From Octopus bimaculoides (taxonomy: Eukaryota): a stretch of 64,000 bases of DNA. The stretch spans positions 45,147,915 to 45,211,914 of the forward strand of contig NC_068990.1 in NCBI RefSeq assembly GCF_001194135.2. Reading direction: 5' to 3'. Of the stretch, positions 14,214 to 26,865 are shown piece after piece. Position numbers and translations under genes: made by a program. Positions within the stretch are counted from its first letter, which is position 1, and every line of letters begins with the position of its first letter. The notes under the pieces were generated by a model. That model did not search any database. It worked only from the letters and a program-made list of their open reading frames with translations, and was not told the origin of the DNA.

Positions 14214-15511
14214 CACACACACACACACACACACATGTGTGTGTAAACAGACTTAAATTGTACTGCAAAACAAATGCATTTGTGATGATATACAGTCACA
14301 TGAATTTACCCACATATACACTTTGTACATGTGCAAAACATGATCTGCCCTCTGTCAGCTGGTTGTAATCCTAGTGCTCACTAAACTCTGCAAATATTGC
14401 CAGTCAAACAGGAGTAGTGATTAAAATTTATCAGTTGGTCTGTTTGTTCCAGTCACTGATCATTGAAACTCATTGCTGTGATATTTATGGTTACAGGGGT
14501 TTTGCTAGACTTTATTGATAATGTGACAATGATTGGAATTATTTCAGGTAAATGTGTTGTATCATCATCAACATTTAATGTCTGTACTCCATGCTGGCAT
14601 GGGTCAGATGGCTTGTCAATAACTGGCAAGGCCAGGAACCATACCAGGTTCTATAGTCTGTTTTGGTTTGGTTTCAACACCCAGCTGTAGAAACCACAGT
14701 GTACTGGATGCTTTTTACATATCAAACACAAAACTATGAGCATAGTTGCAAACACTGTTCAGGAAAAGCAACTTATAACTTGTGCACCAATCAAAGGCTA
14801 CAAAGAGGATGCAGCTTATACAAAAGTGTATGTGGTACATGATGAAGACATATGGCCTAGTTATTAGGGTTATGCACTTGTGATCACAAGGTCATGGTTT
14901 TGATTATTGGATTGGGTGGTGTGTTGTGTTCTTGAGCAAAACACTTTGTTTCAATTTGCTTCATTCTCCTCCAGTAAAGGCTGGGAAGTTAATTCTGTGA
15001 TGGACCAACATCCCTTTCATGTAGATGAGAAGTGTTGCTATCTCAGTTACTTATACACTATGGAAACCAGGTTAATCTTTGGCTTTTTAAGCTCTAGAGC
15101 TCACGACAGAACCTATGTATACAATACATTATCCAACATATTCTTTCTTTATTTAAGATGTTATGGTGTTATTCAAGTGAGATTTGGCTGCTGTTTCTAA
15201 TAAGACTAGTAGCTATATAGAAGCTCACTTATTAGTTAATTCAATTTATTGTTAATCCAAGGGTGGTTTATAACAGCCACTTTCAGTTATATGTGGGATT
15301 CTGTCTCACAAATGGAAAGAGATCCTCATGAGATGTCTCGTATCTACTTTCACAAAAAGTTTTATCTTTTGTTATGTATTTCAAAAGTTGCATGCAGTTC
15401 AGCCAGCGGAAAAAAAAAAAAATACTGTCACTATCAGCTAATGAAATGCCACTCTTTCGATGTATTCAGAGGTGGTGCCAACACCAGTGTACCCATGAGA
15501 ACCAATATTTC

Positions 15512-15743
15512 TTAACCTTTTGGCATTCAGATTACTCTGTCAAATGTAATGCTTATTTATTTGTTCTCATTGTTTTTCATTAATCATGTATTATCTCATA
15601 TCTTGTGATTTCAAAGATGTTATTGTTTATTTTTAGAATGACATTGTAGGGTAGGTGTGAGAGGCTGGATCTGGTTAGTTTAAACATAAAGCAAGGTAGA
15701 ATATTTGGGCTGGATATGGCCAGTTTAAATGCTAAAGGGTTAA
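15512..15743. mobile_element. piggyBac-type MITE family A; other copies at 34095-34322, ~39340-39572, 31730-31910, 47385-47545 and 29978-30013
   Basis: TTAA-CCTTTTGGCATT...AATGCTAAAGGG-TTAA terminal inverted repeats with TTAA at both ends. Confidence 0.78.
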
Positions 15744-16055
15744 ACCCATTCCACCTATAGTTGTGACAGAAAAATCCTACTTGCAGTGGCAAGTGGCTGC
15801 TGCTAAACCAATTCCAGCAACAACCATTAATTATAGAAATGTTAGCCAAGTTGCCATACCAAACCAACAATATTATGGCAGCCAAACCAACAAATTCTTT
15901 CTATGTTGAAAACCTATATCTCTTACCACCTTGAAGAACATGGGGAAGAACATCAGAGTAACAAGAGAACAAGGTTTTAGCTTCAAATGAAGGAATAAAC
16001 TTAATTACAATTACTGAGTATTTTTTGTTTACCTATTTTTCTTGTTTGTACGTCT

Positions 16056-16087
<32 letters not shown>

Positions 16088-16834
16088 ATTAATGTTTATT
16101 TTTATACTCGGTTATAATAAAAATAGTTTTACATTAATCTGATGGGTTGCTCTATACTTTTGTAGAGTACAAATTTATTATTCTTATACAAGAATGTTAT
16201 TGACAGTAACTTCTATGTTTTGGCCATGTGTGTGTATGTATGGTTCACTGTTCCGTTCTAGTAAGATCAACAGAAAATGTACTTCATCCAGTGAGAGATT
16301 AATAAAATTTAATGTACATTGTGTGTACATAATGTACACATAATGTACTCTTATTCTATCACAGTGTACATTAACTGTAAAAACAGAAATCAGGTAAACA
16401 ATGTATAAGAATTGTATTTACATGGATACACTCCTTATGCTTACTTTCGTTTATCTGCCTTTTTTTTTTAATTTCTATACTTGCTTAATGTAAATTGTTC
16501 TTATAACTGACTTAAAAATCAGTGTTCTCTGCCTTAGATGAAGGAACTGGGAGATTATGCTTCAGATTTATCTGAGCACTACCTAGTGACTATACCACAC
16601 ATGCTTTTGTATTCTTCCTCACTCATTCTGTATATATCTATATATCCGTCTTCTGTATGACCATCCATCTATCCATTTGTCTGTCTGTCTATCAATCCAT
16701 CTATCTATCTATCTATCTGTCTGTCTGTCTGTCTGTCTCTCTAGCTATCTATCTGTGTATCTACGTATTTATTTGTGTCTGTCTATCTGTCTGTCTAATC
16801 TGTCTATCTATTTGTCTGTCTGTCTAATCTGTCT

Positions 16835-17082
16835 ATCATCATCATCATCATCGTTTAACGTCCGCCTTCCATGCTAGCATGGGTTGGACGATTTGACTGA
16901 GGACTGGTGAAACCGGATGGCAACACCAGGCTCCAATCTAATTTGGCAGAGTTTCTACAGCTGGATGCCCTTCCTAACGCCAACCACTCAGAGAGTGTAG
17001 TGGGTGCTTTTACGTGTCACCCGCACGAAAACGGCCACGCTCGAAATGGTGTCTTTTATGTGCCACCCGCACAAGAGCCAGT
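16835..17082 (-). mobile_element. Young RTE 3' end running into a gap
   Basis: Near-identical to the reverse complement of 48846-49081. Confidence 0.9.
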
Positions 17083-17702
17083 NNNNNNNNNNNNNNNNNN
17101 NNNNNNNNNNNNNNNNNNNNNNNNNNNNNNNNNNNNNNNNNNNNNNNNNNNNNNNNNNNNNNNNNNNNNNNNNNNNNNNNNNNNNNNNNNNNNNNNNNNN
17201 NNNNNNNNNNNNNNNNNNNNNNNNNNNNNNNNNNNNNNNNNNNNNNNNNNNNNNNNNNNNNNNNNNNNNNNNNNNNNNNNNNNNNNNNNNNNNNNNNNNN
17301 NNNNNNNNNNNNNNNNNNNNNNNNNNNNNNNNNNNNNNNNNNNNNNNNNNNNNNNNNNNNNNNNNNNNNNNNNNNNNNNNNNNNNNNNNNNNNNNNNNNN
17401 NNNNNNNNNNNNNNNNNNNNNNNNNNNNNNNNNNNNNNNNNNNNNNNNNNNNNNNNNNNNNNNNNNNNNNNNNNNNNNNNNNNNNNNNNNNNNNNNNNNN
17501 NNNNNNNNNNNNNNNNNNNNNNNNNNNNNNNNNNNNNNNNNNNNNNNNNNNNNNNNNNNNNNNNNNNNNNNNNNNNNNNNNNNNNNNNNNNNNNNNNNNN
17601 NNNNNNNNNNNNNNNNNNNNNNNNNNNNNNNNNNNNNNNNNNNNNNNNNNNNNNNNNNNNNNNNNNNNNNNNNNNNNNNNNNNNNNNNNNNNNNNNNNNN
17701 NN
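17083..17702. other. Assembly gap (others at 18660-18910, 48020-48845 and 59896-60320)
   Basis: Runs of N, each adjacent to a young repeat or microsatellite. Confidence 0.99.
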
Positions 17703-17888
17703 TGTTAACACGAAAATTTATGTATACAAATTTCGCCTTTTGAAATTTCGATTTTGCTAACAAAATGCTATTGATCACCTTTCTTTGATCATCAACTGTC
17801 TTACCTTTTATTTTTCGCAATTTTGTAAAAAAAAAAAAAAATTCTACATTCTCTATATTGAGTCCTTTTGTGGCTAATAAAAGAAATG
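17703..17888 (+). mobile_element. Probable 3' end of a second, related Tx1-like element
   Basis: GTAAA...TCTACATT...TGTGGCTAATAAA followed by TATCTATC, the same order of motifs as at 20420-20495. Its upstream part is lost in the gap. Confidence 0.55.
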
Positions 17889-17924
17889 TATCTATCTATC
17901 TATTTATCTGTCTATTTGTCTGTC

Positions 17925-20490
17925 AACAACACTTTGCCTGATTGTTCAGGTCAACTGGTGGGTCAGAATGCAGAGTGGACTTTAGTGCTTACCTGCATAG
18001 CCTGCCACGACTCAGCATGAGAGGCAGAGTGTTGTGAAAGACCCATCACAGCCGTGGACGTATGGGATGCAATGGCAAGCTGTGCGGGAGACAAGTCACC
18101 AGGCTTGGATGGTCTGCCCTACAAACTTTATTGTCATATGCCAGACTTTTTTTGGAGGTGTCTTGGCAGCTGTCTACTGCAACTGGCAGCAAAACGGGAG
18201 TATCCCCATCTCTATTAAGTGAGGAGTGGTGGCACTGCTAAAGAAAGATCCAAACAAGGGAAACGTCATAGATAACTTCAGGCCCATCACTCTGCTCAAC
18301 GCAGACTTGAAGATTTTGGCCAAGGTGTTAGCCAAGGTTGGTACTTGTCATCAAGAAACTGGTCAACAAGGCGCAAACGTGTGCCGTGCCGGGTAGGAGT
18401 ATCCATGACAACCTCCATCTGATGCACGACATCATAGACAGGGTAGTTAAAGAACCTGGCATGGGTGGGGAGCTGATCAATTTGGATCAATCAAAAGCTT
18501 TTGATAGAGTAGACCATCACTACTTGGAGGCTGTCCTTAGAGTGGCTGGTTTCGGTCCCTTCTTCCGTGGTTGGATCGCTACCTTATACAGTGGCATCTG
18601 CTCAGTAGTTCGTGTAAATGGTCATCTGTCCAGACCATTTAACATTGCGCATTCAGTTCNNNNNNNNNNNNNNNNNNNNNNNNNNNNNNNNNNNNNNNNN
18701 NNNNNNNNNNNNNNNNNNNNNNNNNNNNNNNNNNNNNNNNNNNNNNNNNNNNNNNNNNNNNNNNNNNNNNNNNNNNNNNNNNNNNNNNNNNNNNNNNNNN
18801 NNNNNNNNNNNNNNNNNNNNNNNNNNNNNNNNNNNNNNNNNNNNNNNNNNNNNNNNNNNNNNNNNNNNNNNNNNNNNNNNNNNNNNNNNNNNNNNNNNNN
18901 NNNNNNNNNNTAATCAGGAAAAGTCAGTGGGCTTGTGGCTCGGCACCTGGAGAAGCAAGCCCATGCTGTCCAACAGCGTCTCCATCGTGGGATGCTGGAC
19001 TGACGGACCGGTTAAATTGCTCGGAGTCTGGTGCGGTCCAGACCTCCAAATGGAGAACTGGGGCGAGATAATGACTAGGGTGGCCACTCACCTAGCAATG
19101 GGCTGAGAGGAAGCTATCCCTAAAAGGTCGGGCGGAGGTGGCGAATGCGTACATCACATCCGTCATTGATTACCGTCTGACCGTTGTGCCTTGTCCTGAC
19201 CCTACTGTCACCAAACTGGAATGCATACTCTTCCACTTTTTGTGGTAGGGAAGCGTTCCAATTGTTAGGCAATCCATTTGCTGTCAACACCTGTTAAATG
19301 GAGGGCTAGGCATGCCGTGGTTGATGATGCCCAGACATGCGCTGAGACTGCAACATCTCTGGTGCTTCATAGATGACGACAAACAGGTGTGGTCGCCGTT
19401 TGTGCGGCACACTTTCCTGCAGCTCATCTCTTTGGCCAAACTGCAGTTGTGGATCAAACAGAGACTGAGGCTAGGCGAATGGCACCACGAGTGCTGTCTT
19501 GCTCTCAAGCAACTCTGCCGCCCGGGACCAAACTTGTGCGACTTCAACTCCACAAAAGCGTTCTACAGAGGATTAGTGGAGGGGAGGTGCGACGACGTTC
19601 TCGGGTAAGAATCTGGGCGTCAATGAGGAAGACCTGACACGCCTGTTCAGGACAACTTCTGAACTGGGACCTATGGACAATCACCAAAGATCCTTGACCT
19701 GGCAGTACTATCGAGAAGCATTACCTGTTCAGGATAAGCTCTACAGGCATGGTTTGAGACACACCAGACCAACTTGTCCAAGATGAAGTCAGAGCGATGA
19801 AACTGTTCTGCATGCACTTGTGTAATGTCCAACCATTTCGGACCTGTGGGCTTATGCTGAACGGCTGCTGTCACATGTGGGACGAGTCCACCTGTCGGCC
19901 AAGTCTATTGTGGAAATTGCTCTGCCATTTTCCCTTAGCTGGGAAGGCAGTGCAGTCTTCATTGTACTGGTGGCCATGGTGAAAGAATGTGTGTGGTGGA
20001 CTTTAGTGAAAGGTTTAGAGACAAACACTTTCCTCTCTGGCCAATCGTTCATCAACTTTTTCAAGTACCACTTGAAAAGGAAGGTGAGAATAGAGAGGCA
20101 AGTTTTGTCTCGTGAAAGTTTCAATAAAAGGTGGGTGAATGTAGCAAAGATGGTACGTGCGAGTGACGAAATCACTTTGAGCATGATCCTGTAAATCGAA
20201 AAATGAGAGAGAGCACTTTGCTCTCATGTGTTTATTCCCTCCCTGCCTGAGGTTACTGTGGTCTTTTCTGTAAGCTTTTCTTTCCACAGATAAACCTAAT
20301 CTTGCTTTTTACACTTTTAAAATTTTTGTGTGATACACGATCCCTTTTGATGGGTTTTTTTTTCTCACAGTCCCCTTTGATCGGAATTTTCTTTTTCTCC
20401 TTTTTCTTTTTTTTTTTTTCGTAAAGGAAAGCTCTACATTGTATTTTGTTCCCTTCTGTGTTTGGCTCTGTGTGGCTAATAAAGTAACTT
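17925..20490 (+). mobile_element. 5'-truncated Tx1-clade (L1-like) non-LTR retrotransposon, pseudogenised ORF2
   Basis: RT motifs KSPGLDGLPY, RPITLLNADLKILAK and DQSKAFDRVDH; remnant of the C-terminal zinc knuckle (CPR*...HAL.*CP); ORF end at 20194. A T-rich 3' UTR and AATAAA at 20478 run into TCTA/TCTG repeats. Contains the gap 18660-18910. Confidence 0.9.
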
Positions 20491-20777
20491 ATCTGTCTGT
20501 CTATCTTTCTATCTATTTGTCTATCTATTTATATGTCTGTCTGTCTATCTATTTATATGTCTGTCTGTCTATTTATATGCCTGTCTGTCTATTTATATGT
20601 CTGTCTGTATACCTATTTGTCTGTCAATTTGTTTGTCTGTCTATCTATTTATCTGTCTGTCTATATATCTTTGTCTGTCTATCTATTTATCTGTCTGTCT
20701 GTCTGTCTATCTATTTATCTGTCTCTGTCTGTTTGTCTGTTTGTCTATCTATTTATCTGTTTGTCTATCTATTTATC

Positions 20778-20812
<35 letters not shown>

Positions 20813-20935
20813 CTGTATATCTATCTATCTCTATTTATTTCTCTATCTACCTGTCTATCTATCTACCTGTCTATCTAACTATCTACCTGTCTGTCTATCC
20901 ACCTGTGTGTCTATCTATTTCACTGTGTATCTACA
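20490..20935. repeat. Compound (TCTA)/(TCTG) microsatellite
   Basis: Directly visible; similar tracts at ~16660-16835 and 17889-17923. Confidence 0.95.
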
Positions 20936-21024
20936 TATATTATTTATTTGTGTACCGTGATAGTGTGTATTTAATTTCCTATTCTTTTCCATTGATAACA
21001 AAGATTTTTCTATTGGTATTTCAG

Positions 21025-21111
21025 GATATTGGACCAAAAACCGAGAAGAGTAAACGCATCAATCTCATCAAAAGTCTTAGTGATGTAGTTGTAAGGAAAT
21101 CACTAGAAGAG
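21025..21111 (+). CDS. TSC2: Tuberin exon (equivalent to human exon 3), DIGPKTEKSKRINLIKSLSDVVVRKSLEE
   Basis: Acceptor TTTCAG and donor GTTTGT; 87 nt, phase 0/0. Aligns by eye with human [29 protein letters not shown] (also 87 nt, recalled) and splices in frame to the next exon. Confidence 0.88.
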
Positions 21112-21257
21112 GTTTGTGTTTCTTCATTTATGTTATATATTGTTAAAACAGAGCTCACTTTAGATGGTTGACATACTCCACTAATAACACCATCTTTGTA
21201 TTTAGTTTCAAAAAAATAAAAACAATTTGTTTTTTATTCTGCAATGCTTAACTACAG

Positions 21258-21480
21258 TTAACCATTTTGTTACTGTATTTCTGTTGAAATGCACTGCCTT
21301 TTGTTTCAATTAAGTTTTAAAATAATGAATTTAGGAAAATAACTGTCTGTATTAGCTAGTGTTTGGAACATAAATTAACATGAAATCTTAATGGAAGGTT
21401 TTAATTTAGATCTTTAAAATAGGTAGTTTGTATCAAAGAACTAGGGACGGTCTCAGGTGGACTTGTAGCAAAAGGGTTAG
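21258..21480. mobile_element. piggyBac-type MITE family B; other copies at ~12617-12775 plus 13186-13217 and ~35155-35365
   Basis: TTAACCATTTTG...CAAAAGGGTTAG termini and a shared internal GTTTCAATT..TTTT.AAAATAATGAA...GTGTTTGGAACATA motif. Confidence 0.65.
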
Positions 21481-21589
21481 AAGTTAGTTTGGAGTGGAAT
21501 TAATGATTTTATTGCGAAAAAGTGGCAGAAGTAAATTCAGACAAATTCTCAGTTTTTCAATGACACCACTGAACTACAATAAGTAATAA

Positions 21590-22265
21590 TAATAATGGTT
21601 TATAATTTAGGCAGAAGGCCAGCTATTGTGAGAAAAAGGGTTAGTTGATAACATTGACACCCACCTCTTCCCTGCCAACACTGATCTAATACTTTATTTT
21701 ATTGACCTTGGAGGGATAAAAGACAAAGTTGACCATGGCAGGATTTTGAACTCAGAACATAGAGAATCAATCCATTGTCCTAATAATAATAATCCTTTCT
21801 GCTATAGGCACAAGGCCTGAAATTTTTTTGCGGGGGGGACTACTTGATTACATCAATCCCAGTGTGTAACTGGTACTTATTTCGTTAACTCCGAAAGGAT
21901 GAAAGGCAAAGTCAACCTTGGTTTAATTTGAACTCAGAACGTAAAGACGGATGAAATGCCACTAACCATCAATTCTGCCAGCTCACTGCCTTGATGATGA
22001 TGATAATAATAATAATAATAATAATAACAACAACAACAACAACAACAATAATAATGGTTTCAGATTTTGACACAAAGTCAGCAGTTTTATCGATTACATC
22101 AACTCCAGTGCTCAATGAGTAATTTATTATATTGATTCCAAAACGATGCAAGGCAAAATTAGACTTGCCAGAATTTGAACTCCGAACATAAAGAGCTAGA
22201 AGAAACGCTGCTAAGCATTTTGTCTGATGTGCTGATGATTCTGCTAGTTTGTGAGCCATCATAAC
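21590..22265 (-). mobile_element. Head-to-tail cluster of three family-2 SINEs; more copies at ~7040-7235, 23135-23560 minus, 24865-25075 and 60321-60393
   Basis: Reverse complements of the units at 56771-58985, separated by (AAT)n tracts. Confidence 0.82.
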
Positions 22266-23626
22266 TAAATTCCACATGAAATTTTGTATGATGATCTTCC
22301 AACTGTCACTCCCTTGCCCTAATGAATAATAAAAATAATAACAATATTTAAGCAATAATAAATCTCTGAAGGAGGTATAACCAGTAGCTGCATGACAATG
22401 TGTAGTATATTTACCACTTAAATGTGGTTAACCACTAAGGGTGGATGCTACTGTAGCTTGTAGCCCCAGGAGGACACTTCCTCCAGCTGGCTGTTGACAC
22501 ACTTTCTGTGCCCTATCAGTATTTGCAAAGGGAAGCCATCCTTCCTATCTTCGACCTACATGGCTAGAAATTTAGATGAAGAGGTTAAGAGGATTATAGC
22601 GACCCTAGTACTTGACTTTATTTTATCAATCTTGGAAGGATGAAAGGTGAAGTTGACTTTTGTAGAGTTTAAATTCAGAATATAAATGGCTATAACTAAA
22701 TACTGCCTTCTCTTCTCAATAGTAATAAAAGTTTCTAATATAGATGCAAGTGTGACTTTGTGGTTAAGAAGCTTATGTCCCAACCGTTAATCTCGGATTC
22801 AGTCTCACTGCACAGCACTTTGGGCAAGTGTCTTCTCTTATAACCCTGGGCTGACCAAAGTCTTGTGAATGGATTTGGTAGACAGAAACTGAAAGAAGCC
22901 TGTTGTGTGTGTGTGTGTGTGAATGTTTGTGTATACCCTTGTCTAGATATTACATGATGGTTATAAATGAGCATAACTGTCATATAAGCAATATTATATG
23001 TCTACCATTTTCCATGTAAAACACGTCTGGCCATGAGAAATACTACCTTGCTTGGAAACAGGTGAGGGTTGATGACAGGGAAGGCATCCAGCCATAAAAA
23101 AATCTTCAACAAGCATGAAAAAGTGGATGTTAAATTATTCAAAGCTTGATGTCTGGGGAGAGGGGTTAATTGATATCATTGGTTCTACTATTTAACTGGT
23201 ACTTTCTTTTATTGGCTCACCTCAAAAAAAAAAAATAAAAGATAAAGTCAATCTCAATGGGATTTGAATTCAGAACATAGATCTGGATCAAATATGCAAG
23301 AAAAATATCTAAATATTCTCCCAATCCACTAGTTTTTAATAATTGTTTCTAATATAGGCACAAGGCCTGAAATTTGAGAGAAGGAAATAGTTGATTACAT
23401 TGACTGGTCCTTTATTTTATTGACTTTCCCACCCCAAGGAGATGAAAGACAAAGTTGACCATAGTAGGACCTTAACTGAGAATATAAAGGCCTGGAGAAA
23501 ATATGCAAAGTATTTATTTCAGATGCTATAACAATTGCCAGTCTACTGTTCTGTTTCCTCCTTAATAATGATAAGAACATAACGATAGGCAAACTACCGC
23601 AATAATAATAATAAGAAGAAGAAGAA

Positions 23627-24585
23627 TGCCTTGATGCAATACTAGGCATTGGATCTCATGGCTTCTGATCTTAACTGATTGGAAGTGCTATCATGTACAT
23701 GTTTTGTCTTGGTATAAAAGATGGGCTACAGAAAATATTCTGATCAATACTGCAGATTTGCCTGTCATTTGCTTGACCGTAACCAGTTGAGCATGTCCCT
23801 TAGTGGCTGACAATGTGCATCTCTGATCATGAGCAGAAGTAGTGGGGGAGCATCATAGCCATATCATCATCATCATCATCGTTTAACATCTGCTTTCCAT
23901 GCTAGCATGGGTTGGACAATTTGACTGAGGACTGGTGAAACCGGATGGCAACCCCAGGCTCCAATCTAATTTGGCAGTTTCTACAGCTGGATGCCCTTCC
24001 TAATGCCAACCACTCATAGAGTGTAGTGGGCGCTTTTACGTGTCACCCGCACGAGGGCCAGTCAGGCGATACTGGCAACGATCTCGCTCGAAAATCCTAT
24101 GAAGGCCGGTGCATCTCATGTGCCACCCGCACAAGAGCCAGTCCAGGGGCACTGGCAACGATCTCACTTGGCTTGCCGGGTCTTCTCACGCACAGCACAT
24201 CTCCAAAGGTCTCGGTCAGTAGTCATCGCCTCGGTGAGGCCCAATGTGGAGTTTGTATAATTCACCTCTGGAAACATGGGTGTTTCGTTCAACATCCTTA
24301 AACAACCCTTATTCAGGGACCTTTTGAGAGGGATAGGCTACTCAACCTAAAGAAAATTCTAACTCGGCCCCACCTGCAAGGTCATGCACTCTTTATCTTG
24401 ATATGAGATCACCATGCTGCACACATATGGTGTGATGCATGTGTCTAGTGTACCCTTATCAGATGGGTAGTCATGATGAGTATACTGGGCTTCATATATT
24501 TGTACCCCAGTGTCACTTTGATAGCATGCACTGCTCTCTCACTCAATGACGATAATAATAATGATGATGATGATGATGATGATGA
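23627..24585 (+). mobile_element. Unclassified non-coding interspersed element flanked by (AAT)n, interrupted by an RTE tail
   Basis: Colinear with a reverse copy at 56245-56781; both start at AATGCCYTGATGCA and end in CTCACTCAAT plus an AAT-rich tail. Confidence 0.75.
23863..24247 (-). mobile_element. Young RTE 3' end including the last codons of the ORF, nested in another repeat
   Basis: (GAT)n tail, 3' UTR and the ORF end LGLTEAMTTDRDLWRCAVREKTR, which matches LGLTEAMTKDQDLWRYAVTEKTR at about 51812-51880. Confidence 0.9.
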
Positions 24586-26637
24586 TAATAAATAATTGTT
24601 GTAAAACTGAGTGTATAATGGCTGAGCAAAAAGGATAATGATCAGCCAGGTGTGAAGCTGGTGGTTTCATATTTTGTCACCATCTCTACACTGTGTCTAC
24701 ATTCCAAAACACTTCTGAATGGTATACTTAACATATACCTCAGTTTAATACCACCATTTGATCCTTGGCTATTTTAGCAGCATCCGATCTTACAGGCATT
24801 CAGCTTAGGTTTCCAGTTTGGGGATAATTTTCTCCTTTCCTCGCTTCATTCATGGAGGCCCTAGTAGAATCATTAGCAAGTTGAGCAAAATGTTTAGTGG
24901 CATTTCTTCCAGCTTTTTATGTTCTGGTTTCAAATTCTGCTGATGTTGACTTTGCTTTCATCCCTTCAGAATTGATAAAATAAATACCAGTTGAACACTG
25001 GGGAGTTGATGTATTTGGTTTATTTCCTCCTTTAAAAAGTGTTGGCCTTGCACCAAAATTTGAAACCATTCTTGGAGGCCCTGAAAATGCCCATGCACAT
25101 TACGTGTCCTCCTCTAGCGAAGTCAGTTACGTCAATAATAATAATAATAATAATAATAAATCCAGTCAATGTGGCTGGATATATTCTGCAGTGTGGATAT
25201 ATTTTACTGCTTTTAGCAATGTCAATAGTTTAACATTGACAACTGGTTCATTAGCATCATCATCATCATCATCATTGTTTAACGTCCGTTTTCCATCCTA
25301 GCATGGGTTGGACACTATCTTGTGGTGCGAAATTCAACTAAATTGAGATGCAGGTTGAAAGTCTTGCAAACCAATAGACTTAATTGCTCACTGATGACTA
25401 CCTCTGATCATGATGAAGTTGACTATTTGACTCAGTTATTTGACAGCTGATGGTTCGGGATCACTTAAGAAAGAAATTTTAAAACTTAAGTTGCTTGCTA
25501 TCGTGTGTGTGTGTGTGTGTGAGTGAGAGAGAGAGAGAAAGAGAGAGAAATATTTGTGTAAATGCATGTTGTGTGTTCAATAAGCCTGAAAATGAGACAG
25601 AAAACAAGGAGAAATGCAGGTAGATAGGCACACAGATTAACAGATGCTGCTGTTAAAGCAATGAGTAAAAAATGTTTTTTATTGTTGCTTTTAAGTTCAT
25701 AAATAATACAGAACTGGTCAGGAGAAAGGACATGTTGCCAAACTTAGTTCTGTTAGAAAGGGTGGAGAGACTAAGTAGAAAGAGGGAGAGGAAGAGAAAA
25801 ATAAGGCGTGAAATTGCCTTATGGTACCACTACTTCTTGTAGTGTGTTAGGTGTTTAACATGTTGGAAAGAATTCATCTTTTTGCATCATCATGCAGTGT
25901 GTTAGTGTTGTTGTAACCTGGAAGAGCCCACCTTTCATGTCTTCTTACTGTGTATCTCGATGAAGATAACCTGGTAGAGCTCATAGTTACTACTAACACT
26001 GAAGGAAAAATTTGAATTCAACATTGTAGGTCTAAAAAACATTTGTCATTTATGTATCAGTGGAGTGTATATCTTACTATGACACCTATTTGTAGCTAGT
26101 TGAACTGAGCTAATTTGAACATTAAGGACTCACTCATTGCTGTGCCTTTGCCAAGACATGAGCCCAGGATGTCTTTCTTGGCAGTTCAACTCTATTGATT
26201 TAGTTATCTCTGTTCACACAGACTTAGACATGGAAAGAGGCCAAATGTAGCAGTTTATGACATTTCCAGCTTTTTATTGCTTCACTAAAATGGTGTTTGA
26301 GGTTCCATTCACTTGAATGCCAGAAAGAACACAGAAAAGTTGTTTTTTTTTTTTAGCAGTAAATATTTTATAACTATGTTGAGAAAGAAGCAAAAAGTGA
26401 TACTAGACAATTGACAAGTGTTTGTTGTAACCTCATAACTGTCTGTCCGTGTGAGTTACTGAGATATGGTCATTGCTGCTATTTCTGTTTAGCCCAAGGT
26501 CAGCCCTGATTAAGCAGCTTTGTGATCAAAAACATTCTAGCTTTCACCCTCATGTTTCTTTGAGATTTTTTTTTTTTGTTAGGCACAGTGTTATGCAGGA
26601 CTACATTATCAAATGTGTCCTTTTTTCTGAGGGTGGG

Positions 26638-26865
26638 GGGGCCATGGTTTAGTGGTTAGGGTGTTATACTCATGATTGTAAGAATGCGGTTTTGATTCCT
26701 AGACCGGGCAATGCGTTGTGTTCTTGAGCAAAACACTTCACGTTTTTCCAGTCCGCTCAGCGGGCAAAAATGTGTAATCCTTCAACAAATGAGCATCCCG
26801 TCTACCATGAAACCAGGAAACTGGCCTTTATAAGTCAGCATGACTCAAGAAGGTAACTTTACATT
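26638..26865 (+). mobile_element. tRNA-derived SINE (family 3); related pieces at ~14850-15110, 27130-27280 minus, 53350-53460 minus and 61960-62080 minus
   Basis: Head GGCCATGGTTTAGTGGTTAGGG...TTTTGATTCCT and the shared TTGTGTTCTTGAGCAAAACACTT motif. Confidence 0.65.

Noticed and set aside
16310-16350. Local palindromic AATGTACA repeats
   Set aside because: Short, low-complexity and AT-rich; plausible by slippage, with no supporting structure.
16907-17082. Recurring peptide MKPDGNTRLQ as a gene family
   Set aside because: It is the antisense translation of the RTE 3' UTR in several young copies.
16907-17820. Long ORFs listed in the ORF track (also 47598-49006 and 59725-60469)
   Set aside because: Their length comes from translating through runs of N.
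20439-21171. ORFs of 173 and 212 aa rich in LSIY/SVCL
   Set aside because: They are translations of TCTA/TCTG microsatellite; only 21025-21111 is a real exon.
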